The position numbers and the translations under genes are program-made. A DNA stretch of 64,000 nt, taken from Camelus dromedarius. Lineage: Eukaryota. A model generated the notes under the pieces. It saw only the letters and a program-made list of their open reading frames with translations, was not told where the DNA came from and searched no databases. The stretch's first letter is position 1; each line of letters starts with the position of its first letter. The DNA is taken from NCBI RefSeq assembly GCF_036321535.1, contig NC_087437.1:4402001-4466000 (forward strand). Reading direction: 5' to 3'. Positions 1 through 12,812 of the stretch are shown here, piece after piece.

Positions 1-1380
1 CGTACTGGCACCGCACTGAACTGCAGTTCCACCTGACAGAGCCTGGACTCTCCCACGCTGAATCTCCCATCCGCGAAGATGGTGGGTGACTCCATTTGGC
101 CCCGTTACCCAGTCTCCTTTGTGTTTTCCATTAAACTTTCATCACGTTCGCGCCTGCTTTTAGTCATTTACTGCCATGTTGTCTGTGATGCTTCTTGCTG
201 CCGTGAGAAGTCATAAATGCTGTTTACTGTTAGAGCTTTCAGTTGGTTTCCAGTGGCACTGCTGGTCCCAGGGATGCTCGCCCCACTATCTGTGCCCCTT
301 GTTGTGTGCTTTAATGATGTTCTCCCCTGGGTGGGTGACCAATCCTCCCCTATCCGTGGCCAATGGGCTGCAGCAAAGTGTCCTGGTGCAGGCCCTGGAG
401 GAAGCTTGCTGGGAGGAAAGGCCGGTTGGACGAGCCCCGCGCTCACTCAGAGGATGCGTCCTGGGCACGGGGTTGGACGCTCAAGTCAGAGAGCAGCCGG
501 AAAAGCACCACCAACAGTGACACCGTTTGCTCCCTGCTGGACGCTGTTCCAAGTGCATTTCACACCTTGGCTCATTTAGTCCGCACACCTAGGAGGCAGG
601 TAGGGCTATCCTTCCACACAGATGAGGAAACAACGCAGTCCGTACACTCCAAGAGGCAGGAAGCTGAAGTTCCAAAAGGAAGAGGGCAACGCCTGTGGAA
701 GGGCGGGCAGACGCCAAGAGCCAGGTGCCAGTTTCTCGCGAGAAGGCGTGCCTTGCCTCGCGGCTTGCCGGTTTTCTTACGTAACTATTTTTTGTGACCT
801 TAGATAACCTGATTTTTGTCCTATCTAATGAAGCCTTCATGTGTGACCAGTGCATATTTAAACCAGCATCTCACAGTAGGTAAACTTTGAAAATACACTG
901 AATCCGTGAGTCTGACCGATTGTGCTTTCCAAGGATGGCCACGCCAAAAGCTCCGAGCTCTCCTGCCATGCACGTGACCTTGCACTCCCGTCCCAAGAGG
1001 AGGGGTCTGATCGCCCACCTTCTCTTGAATCTGGATGGGACTTAGTGACGCCCTTGGACCCGGCAGACTGTGGCCGGCAAGTTACCGCCTGACTTCTGAG
1101 CATGCTCAGAGCCCGGTGGCTTCAGGCCGACCCCTTGGTTGCTCCCTCTCAAGTCCGCCCCTCCCTGTGAGACCCAGCAGCCTTGCAGGACCACCTCTAC
1201 CTGCCCTTCTGCAACCGAAGCTCACCAGGGCGGGGAGAGGAAGTCACCTCGGGTCCTCCAGCCCAGCTGAGACCCTAGACACCCAGCATAGGACCGCCCA
1301 CCGTTCCCCTCTCAGCTTCGCCACCCACAGAGCCCCAGAGGGTGACTGCTGCTCTGCAACACTAAGACTTGTGTCTGGGT

Positions 1381-1421
1381 TTGTTGTTGTTGTTGTTGTT
1401 GCTGCTGCTGCTGCTGCTGCT
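1381..1421. repeat. Compound (GTT)n(GCT)n microsatellite
   Basis: Seen directly. Confidence 0.95.
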
Positions 1422-1609
1422 ATTTGGGAAGTGGGAGTGGGGATGGAAAGATAATGGGAACAATGAGTTCGTTATCTGTCTTCCTACACTTTGAACGTTC
1501 TTGAACCTACGAATTCTGGGCAGATTCTGAAACCTGTCCACCAGCAAGAGCTGTCTCTGCCATAGAGGAGACCAGCCTGATCTGCTTTGCGGAGAAGCGA
1601 CATTAAAAG

Positions 1610-2230
1610 CCATTGTCATACTAGGTGAAGCCAGCCAGGAAGAGAAAGAGAAATATCACATGATATCACTTATATGTGGAATCTTTTAAAAATGACACAA
1701 ATGAACTTATCTACAAAACACAGACAGACTCACAGGCACAGAAAACAAACTTATGGTTACCCGGGGGAATGGGGGTGAGGACAGATAAATTGGGAGTTCA
1801 GGATTTGCAGATACCAACTACTATACATAAAACAGACAAACAACAAAGCCCTACTGTATAGTACATAGAGCTATATTCAATACCTTGTCATAGCCTATAG
1901 TGAAAAAGAATGTGGAAAAGAATATATATGTATGTGTATAACCAAATCAATATGCTATACACCAGAAATTAACACAACATTGTAAACCTACTATACGTCA
2001 ATTTTTAAAAAAGCTATTCATCAGGAGTTCAAAATTTGTAGATACTATATATAAAATTAGCAACAAGTTTCTACTGTACAGTGCAGGGAACTGTAATCAC
2101 TATCTTGTGGTAACCTATAATGAAAAAGAGTATGAAAATGAATATATGTATGTATATGTATGACTGAAACATGCTGTATACCAGAAATTGACACATTGTA
2201 ACTGACTATACTTCACTTAAAAAAAAAAAG
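1610..2230 (+). mobile_element. Two adjacent L1 3'-end fragments
   Basis: L1 3' UTR motifs: atatcacttatatgtggaatc; tacaccagaaatt...cattgtaa...actatac followed by A-rich tails. Boundaries approximate. Confidence 0.8.
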
Positions 2231-2309
2231 CCACTCAGAGGATGATGTAGTTTGAAGTCACCTCTCTTGTGAGAAATGAAACAAAAAGAGAATGAGTCCT
2301 ACAGAAGGC

Positions 2310-2620
2310 ACTGTCACAATCAGTAACCACAGGTGGCTGCTGAGACCTTAAAATGTGTCTAGTCCAATTGAGCTCTAAATGCAGATACACACTGGATTAC
2401 AAAGTAGCATATTTTTAAAAGCAAATTATCTCATCAATATTTATATTAATTACATGTTGAAATGATTACATCTTGGATATATTGGGTTAAATAAAATATG
2501 CTAATAAAGATAACTTTGCCTGTTTTTTTTTTTACTTTCTTTAAGTTTGCTATTAATAACTTTTTCATTATATAAAATTACATATGTCACTCACATTCTA
2601 TTTCTAGCTCTGTACTAGAC
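2310..2620. mobile_element. hAT-Charlie MITE relic (MER33-like)
   Basis: Recalled motifs such as tacatgttgaaatgat...ttggatatattgggttaaataaaata. Confidence 0.6.
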
Positions 2621-3147
2621 GGTCTTTATAAAATATGTTGGTTTTGAGATGTTGAGACAGCAGAGTAAGGGGACAAAATCATCCTCCACCCTAGACAGGC
2701 ATTGCTGGCTTATCCAAGTTGTCTGAAATTGGCGTCAGTGGTCCTAATGGGCTGCTCAGACCTTAAGTTATTCTCTTAACTTTGATCAGGCATATTATGA
2801 AACCAGAGGCCAAGCAGAAAAAATAACACTTAAAAGACATTTTAAAACATCGTAAAAACAGGAAGAAATAATTTCACTACTGCTCAGCAAAATCATGGAA
2901 GCTCACTATTCACACTTCTGAACGTATTTCTAACATCTGAGACTACGCTTACTGAAGCAAAATAAAGAGGAAAGTGGAGTGATTCTCCCACAAACATCAC
3001 CAAAGAAAAGGGTGGGCTTACACAAATCTCAGTGGCTGCATTTTTCTCTAATTTCTGCTTCCTTTCCAAGCTCAGGCAACCTAAAGATTCTAATAATCAA
3101 CAGACTACTCTAACTGGGGCAATTAAAACATAATGCTTGTGTATACC

Positions 3148-3900
3148 AGGAGTGTGAAAAGTTTGGCCCAAAGACCCCTCAGGCCCCCAAGACCCTTTGG
3201 GAGGGGATGCTCACAAAGTTAAAACTTTTTTCCCAATTACACTAAAATGCTGTCTTTTCCTTTTTCATTCATATTCTTTCCCAAGTGTACGGCACAGTTT
3301 TAAAAAAACTTTATTGTGGTATAATTTCTGTACAGCAAACTACACATATTTCAGATGTACAATTTGATGAATTTTGATAGATGTGTACACCCATGAAACC
3401 ACCACCACAATCAAGACAGCTAACACTTCCATTGCTCCCCAAGAGATGCAATTTTTGAACTACAAATTTATCCCTTCCTACCCCTTCTACCCCTTGGTAA
3501 CCATAAGTTTGTTCTCTATGTCTGTGTACTGTAGTTTTTAAGAGGTCACAAAGCAAGCGGTATCACAACAGACTCAACACAGAAGCAGATATACCAATCC
3601 AGCTGCCTTCTAATAAGCTAGACGTTAAAGACATTTGAAAACACATAAAACAATGCCACTCTTCTCACTAATGTATTTTGTTTGGGAAAATAGTTATTTT
3701 TCATAAAGGAATACGTGATTTATGTTATGGGTTTATTTTTATTATTTTGAAAGAAAATAAATGATTTTAAATTGCTTCGATTTTAATTTCTAACATGGTA
3801 AATATCAGTAGCTAGAAACCACACCAACAAAAGCTCTTCAAGCTCCATAATCTTTTAGAATGCAAAGCTATCTTGAGACCAAAAAGTGTAAGAATCAGTA
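3148..3900. mobile_element. hAT-Charlie (Charlie1-like) relic interrupted by minus-strand L1 fragments (~3310-3525)
   Basis: Recalled Charlie-type motifs (aaaacaatgccactcttctcactaa) and L1 3' UTR motifs. Confidence 0.5.
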
Positions 3901-4607
3901 GTATATACAAGTCAGCTTTAAAATTGACCCCTGTGGGTGAGTGGTTTCCCATCATTTAAAATTAACTGAAAATGATGGGCTTTTAAAATCCTTTCAGTAT
4001 TTATATGATGTAATAAAGATGGTCCCAACCACATTCCAGTCCCCAAGCTAACAACTGTCTCTGTAACACACATTGTTCTCCACAGCCAATCACGTGGTAA
4101 CTTTTCTTTGCCCAGGGATGTATCCAGGGTTACATACAAATTGTCCGCAGGTGATGACAACTCCATCACCTTTTCAGTCACTCAGGAAGGCATCTGAGTG
4201 ATCTTGTAAGAACAGCCTTAGTTCTTTAATTGATTCTGTTAAACCACTTACAAGCATGGCTGTCTCCTTAATGGTAACAAACTACCTGTTATTCAGCTCA
4301 TGATTAAGAACTGCTCTTCAATGTATGCCTGTTAGACACAGAACACATTTTCAGTTGTCCAAGAATCACTGACTAAAAACCAAAATGACCATACTTCATC
4401 ACCAAACACCTTCTGGAGATTATATTTTTACAAACTCAGTCCACCAAACATTTGTTGTAACAGATGATTATTTTTATATAGATATTTTAAACCCACCTTA
4501 AATGGCATGGATGTGAAAAACTTTGATGGCTTAATGCAATTAAGTATTCCTAAGAGTTGACCCATTTACCATATTCCCTCAAAGAGAAAAACAGATTCAG
4601 TACTTAC

Positions 4608-4661
4608 AGGACCACCTTCTTCACCAGGGTGACCAGGAAATCCATCAAAACCCCTCTTTCC
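4608..4661 (-). CDS. COL6A4: COL6A4 54-nt triple-helix exon (GKRGFDGFPGHPGEEGGP)
   Basis: Read manually. Six Gly-X-Y triplets, typical 54-nt collagen exon, acceptor tttctcag|, donor CCT|GTAAGT. Confidence 0.92.
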
Positions 4662-6026
4662 CTGAGAAAAAATCAAAATAAATAATTTGGACTCCAAATC
4701 CTTCATTTCTCAAATCTATGTGAAATAAAAATGGTTACTAATAGATACCGTTGTTTCACTGAGTTGACGTTTTACTGAGATTCTACTAAATGTGGAGTGT
4801 AACACACAGAGACGTAGAGGCACTGTTGGCCTGTCTTAGAGTGAAACTTGCATACCTGTTTGTCTTTATAGTCCGGGACCCCAGCCTATTTTTATTTTTC
4901 TAAAATATCTTTTAAGCCATGCTATTGTGAAAACCAAAGCCAAAACTAGTTTCTAATTAAACATTTCAGGAAAGACTATTACTGTAAAGGGGGCTTTGAG
5001 CTGGTTTTACAAAACGTCAGTAAACAAAGGTGTTACAGCCCGCATTACTTATGAGAAATGGTTGCTTATTTCTGTGTGACTAAACTGTTTATTCTCTCTT
5101 TTTTTTACTCTCCTTAGATAACTAAACCCACAAACCATTTCCTGTCAAGGAAGTTTGGCTTAACATTTTATAGCCAGAGGTGTTTATTTAGTCTAAAACC
5201 TGGTCAACAAGATGTGGGAGCCATAGTCTCCTTGTAATTAACAAAGATATGAAAGTAACATGACCAAGCACTGAATTCTGAGCAGAGAAGTCAAGAATTC
5301 AGGACACTCCCATCTTTGGCCTTTGAGGCATGGTCCTCAAGTTGCCAAAAAACATGTCAAGAGATTCCCAGGCTTGATTTTCTGAACCTCTAATCCCATA
5401 TTTAAGAACAACAAGAGGGGAGAAAATTCTAGTGCTGGGGCATAATTATAATTTATTTTTCAAAAAGTAATTATACACTGTTTAAAATTAAGATTGATCT
5501 GCAAAGGCAGGAAGAGCTCATTCCAACCACCTCATGGGAAACCTTACAACAAGAGAACATGAAAGCCCATGGGTGTGATTCAACCTTACACGTGAATTGG
5601 TGATTATACCCCCATCGTAAAGCTGTCGTCCCGTGAGAATGGAAACCTGTGTCCCTGGATAGCTGAGGACCGTTTCTAACAAGATTCTCCCTGAAAAGCA
5701 TGAAGTGATCTTTTTCCTATCACTCAGTCCTAGAGTTAGGGAAAGTGTCTGTAAAATAAATATAAGTAGACAGCACAATAGGGTGGACAGGAAGTACGCC
5801 TTGGAGTCAGGGAGACATAGGGGCTTAAATCCAAAAATATCTCTTGGCAACCATGCAACTTTGGGGAAAGTGGTGTTCCCTCTCTGAGCTCGATTTCACA
5901 CCTGTAAAATAGGTTGTAAAGAGCACAGAACTAAAAAAGGCGTGTTAAAGGCATAACACAGGCTGGTGTGCAGTGGATACGAAATGTCATCTCTCTCCCA
6001 CACACCCCCCCCCAACAAATCCTCAC

Positions 6027-6119
6027 CTTCCTCCCAGGGCTCCCACCATCACCTCTGTGCCCGTCGTCTCCAAAACACTTTGCATACGTATTGCAGCACG
6101 TTCTTTCTACAATTGTGTC
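6027..6119 (-). CDS. COL6A4: COL6A4 junction exon, start of triple helix (DTIVERTCCNTYAKCFGDDGHRGDGGSPGRK; 93 nt)
   Basis: Read manually. Cysteine cluster followed by Gly-X-Y, acceptor ttttcag|, donor AAG|GTGAG. Confidence 0.92.
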
Positions 6120-6354
6120 CTGAAAACAGAATCCACATCACGTACAATTTTTTTTTTCATCTGTATGAACTTAAGTCACATGACACGCTAAAGAAACAAA
6201 ATTCCCTCAAGGTTTTTAAAGTTATTAGAATGTACAGATCTGGTGAAGGATGGTGTCAAAAACAAACTACCACCAGAAATTGACACAACATTGTAAACTG
6301 ACTATACTTCAATAAAAAAGTAATTAATTAATTTAAAATCTAAAAACAACTTAC

Positions 6355-6500
6355 AAGTTGCTTCCATAAGATGCTCGGGAGAGATGGCAGTGTGATGCTG
6401 AGAGGTTGATGATACGCAAATCCTCTGCCAAATTCTAGCTCCTGGAGCTCCTCCAATTTATATACACCTTCCAGGCCAATAGTAAGGAGTCCAGAGAATC
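6355..6500 (-). CDS. COL6A4: COL6A4 exon, N1 domain part 3 (GFSGLLTIGLEG...ILWKQL; 146 nt, phase 1-0)
   Basis: Within ORF 6340..6567. LEFGRGF motif typical of long collagen VI chains, acceptor ttgaag|, donor CTT|GTAAG. Confidence 0.9.
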
Positions 6501-6829
6501 CTTCAAAACACCAACAGGTGGGGGATTTCCTTGCACATCTTTTGAATGGTCTGTCTTTGGGCCCCAATATCCATCACCCCTCCTACAGCCTCATCAGTCT
6601 TGTCTCAAACTGCATTTCTTTTAAAATCAAAGCTAGCTCATGACATGCCTTCTTGAAGAATTGGTCTGACATCTTTCAATCCCTGCAGCTGAAAGTCAAA
6701 CAGTTAGATGGAACCACAAAGGACCCTCAGGGCTCTTATAACCCCAGTTTTCTATTTGAAAGAGAGTTTTCCCCTGTTACAGTATGAAGTTACATCCTTT
6801 AACCCCATGCTTGAAGTAGACTTGTGGTT

Positions 6830-7260
6830 TACTCTGTGACCATCTTGCGGGCTGTTCACAAATATTCTGGTTCCTCTACCGAAGAGCATGAGGTAGGATT
6901 TCACTTTTGGGGGGAAATTATAAGCTCTCATTAAGCCCCAATTCTTTACCTGCAAAAATATTATCTCATGAAAGTTACAACTGTCCGCACAGCTGGCTCT
7001 GACCAATGAAATATGAGCAGAGGTGACACTGGCCACTCCCTGGGAGAAATTTTAAGAGCAGTGCACACTTCAGCCCATTTTCTTTCCCCTCCCACAGAAA
7101 CAGATCCCTCCTTCAGCCTGGGTCTTCGACTGATAAGAAAGAGGCATGGACGAAAGGGCATGAGGTACAAGATGGAGACAGTCTTGCTAGCTTAAGCCAC
7201 TGAGATTTGAAGGTGGTCATTGCAGAATAACAACCATCTCCTACTGATGCAGACACTGAG
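6830..7260 (+). mobile_element. MaLR (MLT1-like) LTR relic
   Basis: tgaccaatgaaatatgagcagaggtgaca and taagccactgagattt motifs. Confidence 0.6.
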
Positions 7261-8829
7261 AGATCATCTGGGTTTTTCCATGTAACAGAAAACATAGTGA
7301 CAAGAACATTTCTCAAATCTGGCCAGAAGTCACAGTAGAATTTCCAAACAAATATTACCGTTAATATTTAAACAGTAAATTCACACACACATGCACACAC
7401 ATCAGCTCTTGGCTATGGTAAACAAACTGCTTTAAAATCCTGTGGTTAAAAGTTGTATACAAATTCTTAATTACTCCTCAAAATAAATTCTTGGAAATGG
7501 AATTGCTGACCTAGCTCGTAGGCAAAGTTTGCAGTCCTTTGTCATGAACTCCCAGTTCCCTTCCAGAAAAGTTGCAACATTTTAAACTTTCAGTGGAAAT
7601 CTATGCAGTAAATTCAGTTGAAAGCAAATTGTCAGAAAATATTCCACTTAATGCAATCTTTAGTAAAGTACCCATGACAGTTTTCACAGAACTAGAACAA
7701 ATGATCGTAAAATTTATATGGAACCATGAAAGACCCTGATTTGCTAAAGCAATCTTAAGAGAAAAATAACAAAGCTGGAGGTAACATGCTCCCTGACTTC
7801 AGACTATATTACAAAGCTACAGTCGTCAAAACAGACACATACTGGCACAAAAACAGACACAGAGATCAATGAAACAGAATACAGAGACTATAAATAAACC
7901 CACACACCTAAGGTCAACTAATCTATGACAAAGGAGGCAAAAACATACAATGGAGAAAAGACAGTCTCTTCAATAAGTGGTGCTGGGAAAACTGAACAGC
8001 TACATGTAAAACAATGAAATTAGAACATTTTCTCACATCATATAAACCTCAAAAATAAACTCAAAATGGATTAAAGACCTAAATGTAAGACCAAAAACCA
8101 TAAAACACTTCAAAAAAACAGGCAAAACACTCTTTGACATAAATTGCAGCAATAATTTTTTGGATCTGGCAAGAAAACAAAAGCAAAAACAATAGGATCT
8201 AATTAAATGTAAAAGCTTTTGCACAGCAAAGGAAACCATCAACAAAACCAAGGCAATCTACTGAATGGGATAAATATTTGCAAATGATATGACCAATAAG
8301 GGGTCAATACTCAAAATATATAAGCATCTCATAAACTCAATATCAAAAAACATACAACTCAATCAAAAAATGGGCAGAAGACCTGAATAGACCTTTTTAC
8401 GAAGAAGACATACAGATGGCCAACAGGCACAGGGAAAGATGCTCAATATCCTTAATCATCAGAGAAATGCAAATGAAAATCACAGTAAAATATAATCTCA
8501 CACCTGTCAGAATGGCTATCATCAAAAAGTCTACAAATAACATGGCAAGGATGTAGAGAAAATGGAACTTTTGTACACTGTTGGTGGAAATGTAAATTGA
8601 TGCAGCCACAATGGAAAATAATATAGAGGTTTCTCAAAAAACTAGATACAGAACTAACAAATGATCCAGAAATTCCACTCCTCAGTATGTTTCCAACAAA
8701 AATGAAGGCACTAACTCAAAAAGATACATGCACCCAGTGTTCATAGAAGCAGTTTTTTAAATAGCCAAGATATGGAAGCAACCTAAATGTCCATCAATAG
8801 AGGAATGGATAAAGAAGATGTGGTATATA

Positions 8830-9633
8830 CAGTTGACCTATGAACAACATGGCTTTGAACTGCATGGGTTCACTTACATGCGGATTTTTTTCAATAAATA
8901 ACCACTATAGTCCTACATGATGCATGGCTGGTTGAATCTGTGGATTCAACTATGGATGAATTGTGGATACAGAGGTTATATTGAGGTGGGAAGCCCCATA
9001 AAAAAGACCGGAAGGACCCCCAGGCAGGGCCACTACTCTCCTGCCAGCACCATCCAGTTCCCTGGCCCAGTGGCTCTAGATCAATTTTTGCCTCTGGAAC
9101 AGCTTACTTCTAGGAAAGTGGAACTTATCCCTAAAATTCTATTTGTTCCCTGAGCTCACTCCTGATTGGTTATTTCCTTCATTCCTGATTGGTCCATTTC
9201 CCTAACTTCTGATTGGTCCATTTGTAGTATTTCACTTGCATGGAGCTTACTCCTGATTGGTTATTTCTTTCCCTCCTGATTGGTCCTAATTAGACAGCTA
9301 TTGTTATACCTTATTTGCATATGACGTTGCAAAGTGTAAACTGGCAGCCTATTAAAAGCCTGTGTAAACCTACAGATGGGGTCCAGAGCTTGGAGTGTTA
9401 ACTCCTCTGGGCCCGCCGGCATAATAAACCTGAGTTCTCCAACTCTCCGAGTGCTGCTTGGTCTCTCACCCGGATCCAGGTTGCTGTCACAACTGAGCTG
9501 TAACACCAAGCCATAACACTGAGCTGTACCACTGAGCTGTCACACATTTTTCTGCAATAATATAGTTATACATGGGTCTTCAACTGTACTCAGGGTTGGT
9601 GCCCCTAACCCCCGGTTGTTCAAAGGTCAACTG
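8830..9633. mobile_element. Tigger2-like TcMar MITE, itself interrupted by an LTR
   Basis: Terminal inverted repeats cagttgacctatgaacaac / gttgttcaaaggtcaactg, with TA target duplications at 8828-8829 and 9634-9635. Confidence 0.85.
8982..9559 (+). mobile_element. Solo ERV LTR (ERV1-like)
   Basis: TG start, 4-bp ATAT target duplication (8978-8981 / 9560-9563), TATA-like at 9350, AATAAA at 9423, repeated CTGATTGG. Confidence 0.8.
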
Positions 9634-10524
9634 TATATTCAAAGGTATACTACTCAGTCATAGAAAGAATGAAATCTTGCCATTTGCAACAACATAGTTG
9701 GACCTGGAGAGTATCACTTTTAGTGAAATAAATCAGATAAAGATAAGACTATGTTATTTATCACTTATGTGGGGAACCTAAAAAATAAAACAAACAAATG
9801 AATATAACAAAACAGAAACAGACTAACAGATAAAGAGAACACACTAGTGGTTACCAGTGGGGAGAGAGAGAGGGGAGTGGCAAGTTGTGGGAGGGAATTA
9901 AGAAATACAAACTATTATGTATAAAATAAATAGGCTACACGGATATATTGTACAGCACAGGGAATATAACCAATATTTTATAATAACTTTAAATGGAGTA
10001 TAATTTGTAAAAATATCAAATCACTATGTTGGACACCTGAAACTAATATAATAATGCAAACCAACTATACTTTGATTATATGCATATATATGTACATATA
10101 CACATATGCATGCAGCAGCCCTTGGAGATGGATAAAGAAGAATCAGGGAGGAAGGACAGTAGAAAAAGTAAGACGCAGCTTTAGGGTGATTTTAGAGTTT
10201 AGGAAAGAGAGACGGTTGGACCCCTGGGTAGCTCAAAAGAGCAGAGAGGACCCACTTCCCACGAAGCAGGGGTTGCACCCACAACCTTCTGAACCAGATG
10301 CTGGACTGGTAACTGGTCAGCCCTGTCTCAGTCAGAGAGACCCAGGGGTCTCTCAGCCCTCAATAGCCCCCTGATTCATACGAAGCCAGAAACTGGGCAG
10401 CAGCCTTGTGGGCACTGAGCTCCAAATACCTGGCTTAGCCTTCGGGGGCTCAGAGATTCCTGGGCCATCCGGAATCTGAAAGACCATCTCTGCCCCTGTG
10501 GGAGGAACAACACCATGCACTTAC

Positions 10525-10603
10525 CTTTGCTGCGGAGAAGCTGGGACGTTTCCTTCAGTCTCTCTAAATCATCATCCAATCCATCTGTAAACACTAAAAG
10601 GAC
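10525..10603 (-). CDS. COL6A4: COL6A4 exon, N1 domain part 2 (VLLVFTDGLDDDLERLKETSQLLRSK; 79 nt, phase 0-1)
   Basis: Within ORF 10376..10738. VFTDG VWA motif, acceptor aacag|, donor G|GTAAG. Confidence 0.9.
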
Positions 10604-11214
10604 CTGTTGTTTATGAGAGGGGGGTATGGGAGATGCAGGAACAGAGGGACCAGGGAGAAGGAAGAAGAAGGGAAGACAGAGGGGAGGGGCAATGGAAAAG
10701 ATGGATGCTGTAAATTGCACGTTTCTTAAAAAATGCAAGGGTAAGCTATAACCAGCCTTTCACCCTGTTCTGTTCCATTTTACCCATTCATTTGTTACTT
10801 TATTACACACTCACTTGTCCTCCATGTCCTCCCACACACACCCCCCCACCGCTGAAAAAGAATTTGAAGCAGCTTAATGTGTTCACTTAAAGATATCGTC
10901 CAAAAATTGTCTTACAATGTTCTTTATCTATGTTACCTTTACTCATAGAAAAATTGAATTTAAAAAGTGAATTACTTTTTTTAAGAAATAAATCCATCGG
11001 ATTCACGATGGAAGGAAAAACTCAATGTAACTTTCAAAGTTTGGGGAGGTCGTTTCCTAATAGATGTCATATGAGATCTTTTTTACCTCTGTGACTTCTG
11101 TGGGTGCATGGTTCTGAGGCAGCAGAAAGGGAGGAGGGGGGTTATGCTAACAAGCCATTAACTGTCACTAAAGATGGCTCAGGGGGCTGATTACAAAAAC
11201 AATGGGTCCTACAA

Positions 11215-11458
11215 ACTTATGGTTACCAGAGTGGGGAAGGGGTTGGGAAGGGATAAATTGGGAGTTTGAGATCAGCAGATACTAACTACTATATATAAAA
11301 AAGATAAACAACAGAGTTCTACTATATAGCACAGGAAACTATATTAAATATCTTGTAGTAAATGATGACAAAAAAGAATATGAAAAGGAATAGATGTATG
11401 TATATGAAACATGATGCTGTACACCCAACATTGGAAATTGACTATATGTCAATTAAAA

Positions 11459-11513
<55 letters not shown>

Positions 11514-11550
11514 AAATCATGAAAGAGAGAGAGTGAAAGAAAGAAAGAGA
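11215..11550 (+). mobile_element. L1 3'-end fragment with (AAAT)n tail
   Basis: L1 3' UTR motifs, (AAAT)n at ~11457-11513, imperfect flanking duplication aatgggt...tacaa. Confidence 0.8.
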
Positions 11551-11895
11551 AATAATGGGTTCTTACAATGAGTGACCATGAGGAGCTAACATCTTCCAAG
11601 CTGTCTTTGGAAGAAATTTATGTCGTGGAAAACCTGGATCACTAAGCTGTGGGCAACCCGAGGGCAGTGACTTTATCCTTTTACCTCTACTGACATTCAG
11701 CAAAGAGCCCCTAGCGCTTACTAAACACTTGTTGATTGAATGAAAACACATCTCTTGTCAATCTTGACTGAGTAAGACTAGTTTTCCTCTATGCAAGATC
11801 CTCAGTGAAGAACAGTTTATTTGTCCTCAGTCCCAAAAGCCTTATCCCTCCCCATGCCTAATGGTTCGATAATGTGGGTTCTCAGCATTTGTTAC

Positions 11896-12230
11896 CTTCA
11901 CTTTAGCAGAAGAGAGATGGAGAGCACTATCTCCCAGGGACTGCAAAAAATCCACATCCATGTGGTTGCTATTGGCAGCCTGCTGAATCAAGAACTTCTG
12001 AATTCTCCCATCACTGTACTTTTCAAAACCTGAGTCAAAGATGAGCTGGCCACTTGAGCCAGGAACCATGTAGCGGAACATCACGTTGGTCTGACCAGGA
12101 AGGCTACAGCTGATGTTGGAAGGCAAGGCCAGCTCTTGCATCAGCTCTGGCAGTAACCCTTCAAGCGACTGCTGAATTTGCCTCGTGGGGGTGGAGACAT
12201 CAATTCCTACAGACAAATCTATGTGGCATC
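11896..12230 (-). CDS. COL6A4: COL6A4 exon, first part of the seventh (N1) VWA-like domain (335 nt, phase 1-0)
   Basis: ORF 11842..12279: GCHIDLSVGIDVS...SAKVK. Acceptor ttcaaag|, donor AAG|GTAAC. Confidence 0.9.
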
Positions 12231-12332
12231 CTTTGAAGGTGAAGGAGAAGAAAATCAAATTAGTTATCTGTAGACACACAACCCAGCCCAGAAGATATCA
12301 ACCAAGCTGGCTCTGCAAGAAGGACCTCCAGT

Positions 12333-12812
12333 TGAGACAAGAGGGAAGAGGACAGGGTGCAACCACTAAAAGAATGACACAGCCATTGAGGATAGGACAT
12401 AAACTGGTTAGAACCAATTAGCACCAAGATGGCAGAAGATTCAACTTCCAGTAGACCCCGAGCCTCATTATATGCTCACTGGAATATATTAGTACGCTAG
12501 ATGGCACTCCCACAGGTGCCATGACAGTTTCAAGGCTGACCATAAAAGGTCAAAAAGTGGGTGATGGCCCAATTCCTGGGAATCCCTACCTACTCTTTCC
12601 CCCAAATAGTTGGAATAATCCTCCCACTTGTTAGCATATGAAATTACCCAGCCTATAAACACCGACAACCCCCAGACCTCGTGGTCAGTATTTCTTCTGA
12701 GATGGACGCATTCTGCCTATGGAATGTGTACCTCTCTAAGTCAGCTTGCTTTCACTTTACTATGGCTCACTCTTGAATCCTTTCCTGTGCAAGAACCTAC
12801 TCTCTGGCAACA
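12333..12812 (+). mobile_element. Solo ERV1-like LTR inserted in an MLT1 relic
   Basis: TG...CA ends, imperfect 4-bp duplication cagt/cagc, internal TATA (cctataaa). MLT-like tail (gttacacagcaaaagttaactggtaca) at ~12880-12904. Confidence 0.7.

Larger units (their letters stand above)
7655..10075 (+). mobile_element. Older 5'-truncated L1 (ORF2 3' part and 3' UTR) interrupted by a Tigger element and an LTR
   Basis: Degenerate ORF2 C-terminal sequence (aaagacagtctcttcaataagtggtgctgggaaaac). L1 sequence resumes at ~9636. Confidence 0.88.

Noticed and set aside
1..95. Minus-strand frame MESPTIFADGRFSVGESRLCQVELQFSAVPV with a faint VWA-like look
   Set aside because: Very short, cut by the window edge, motif spacing does not fit a VWA domain, and a VWA exon is not expected inside the triple-helix region.
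1240..1315. Possible Gly-X-Y exon ending GGA CCC GAG|GTGAC
   Set aside because: Glycine periodicity breaks, there is an in-frame TAG, and there is no good acceptor.
168..1454. Cluster of overlapping 60-144 aa ORFs on both strands
   Set aside because: No recognisable domain. Expected in GC-rich sequence, and the poly-Val/Ala run comes from a microsatellite.
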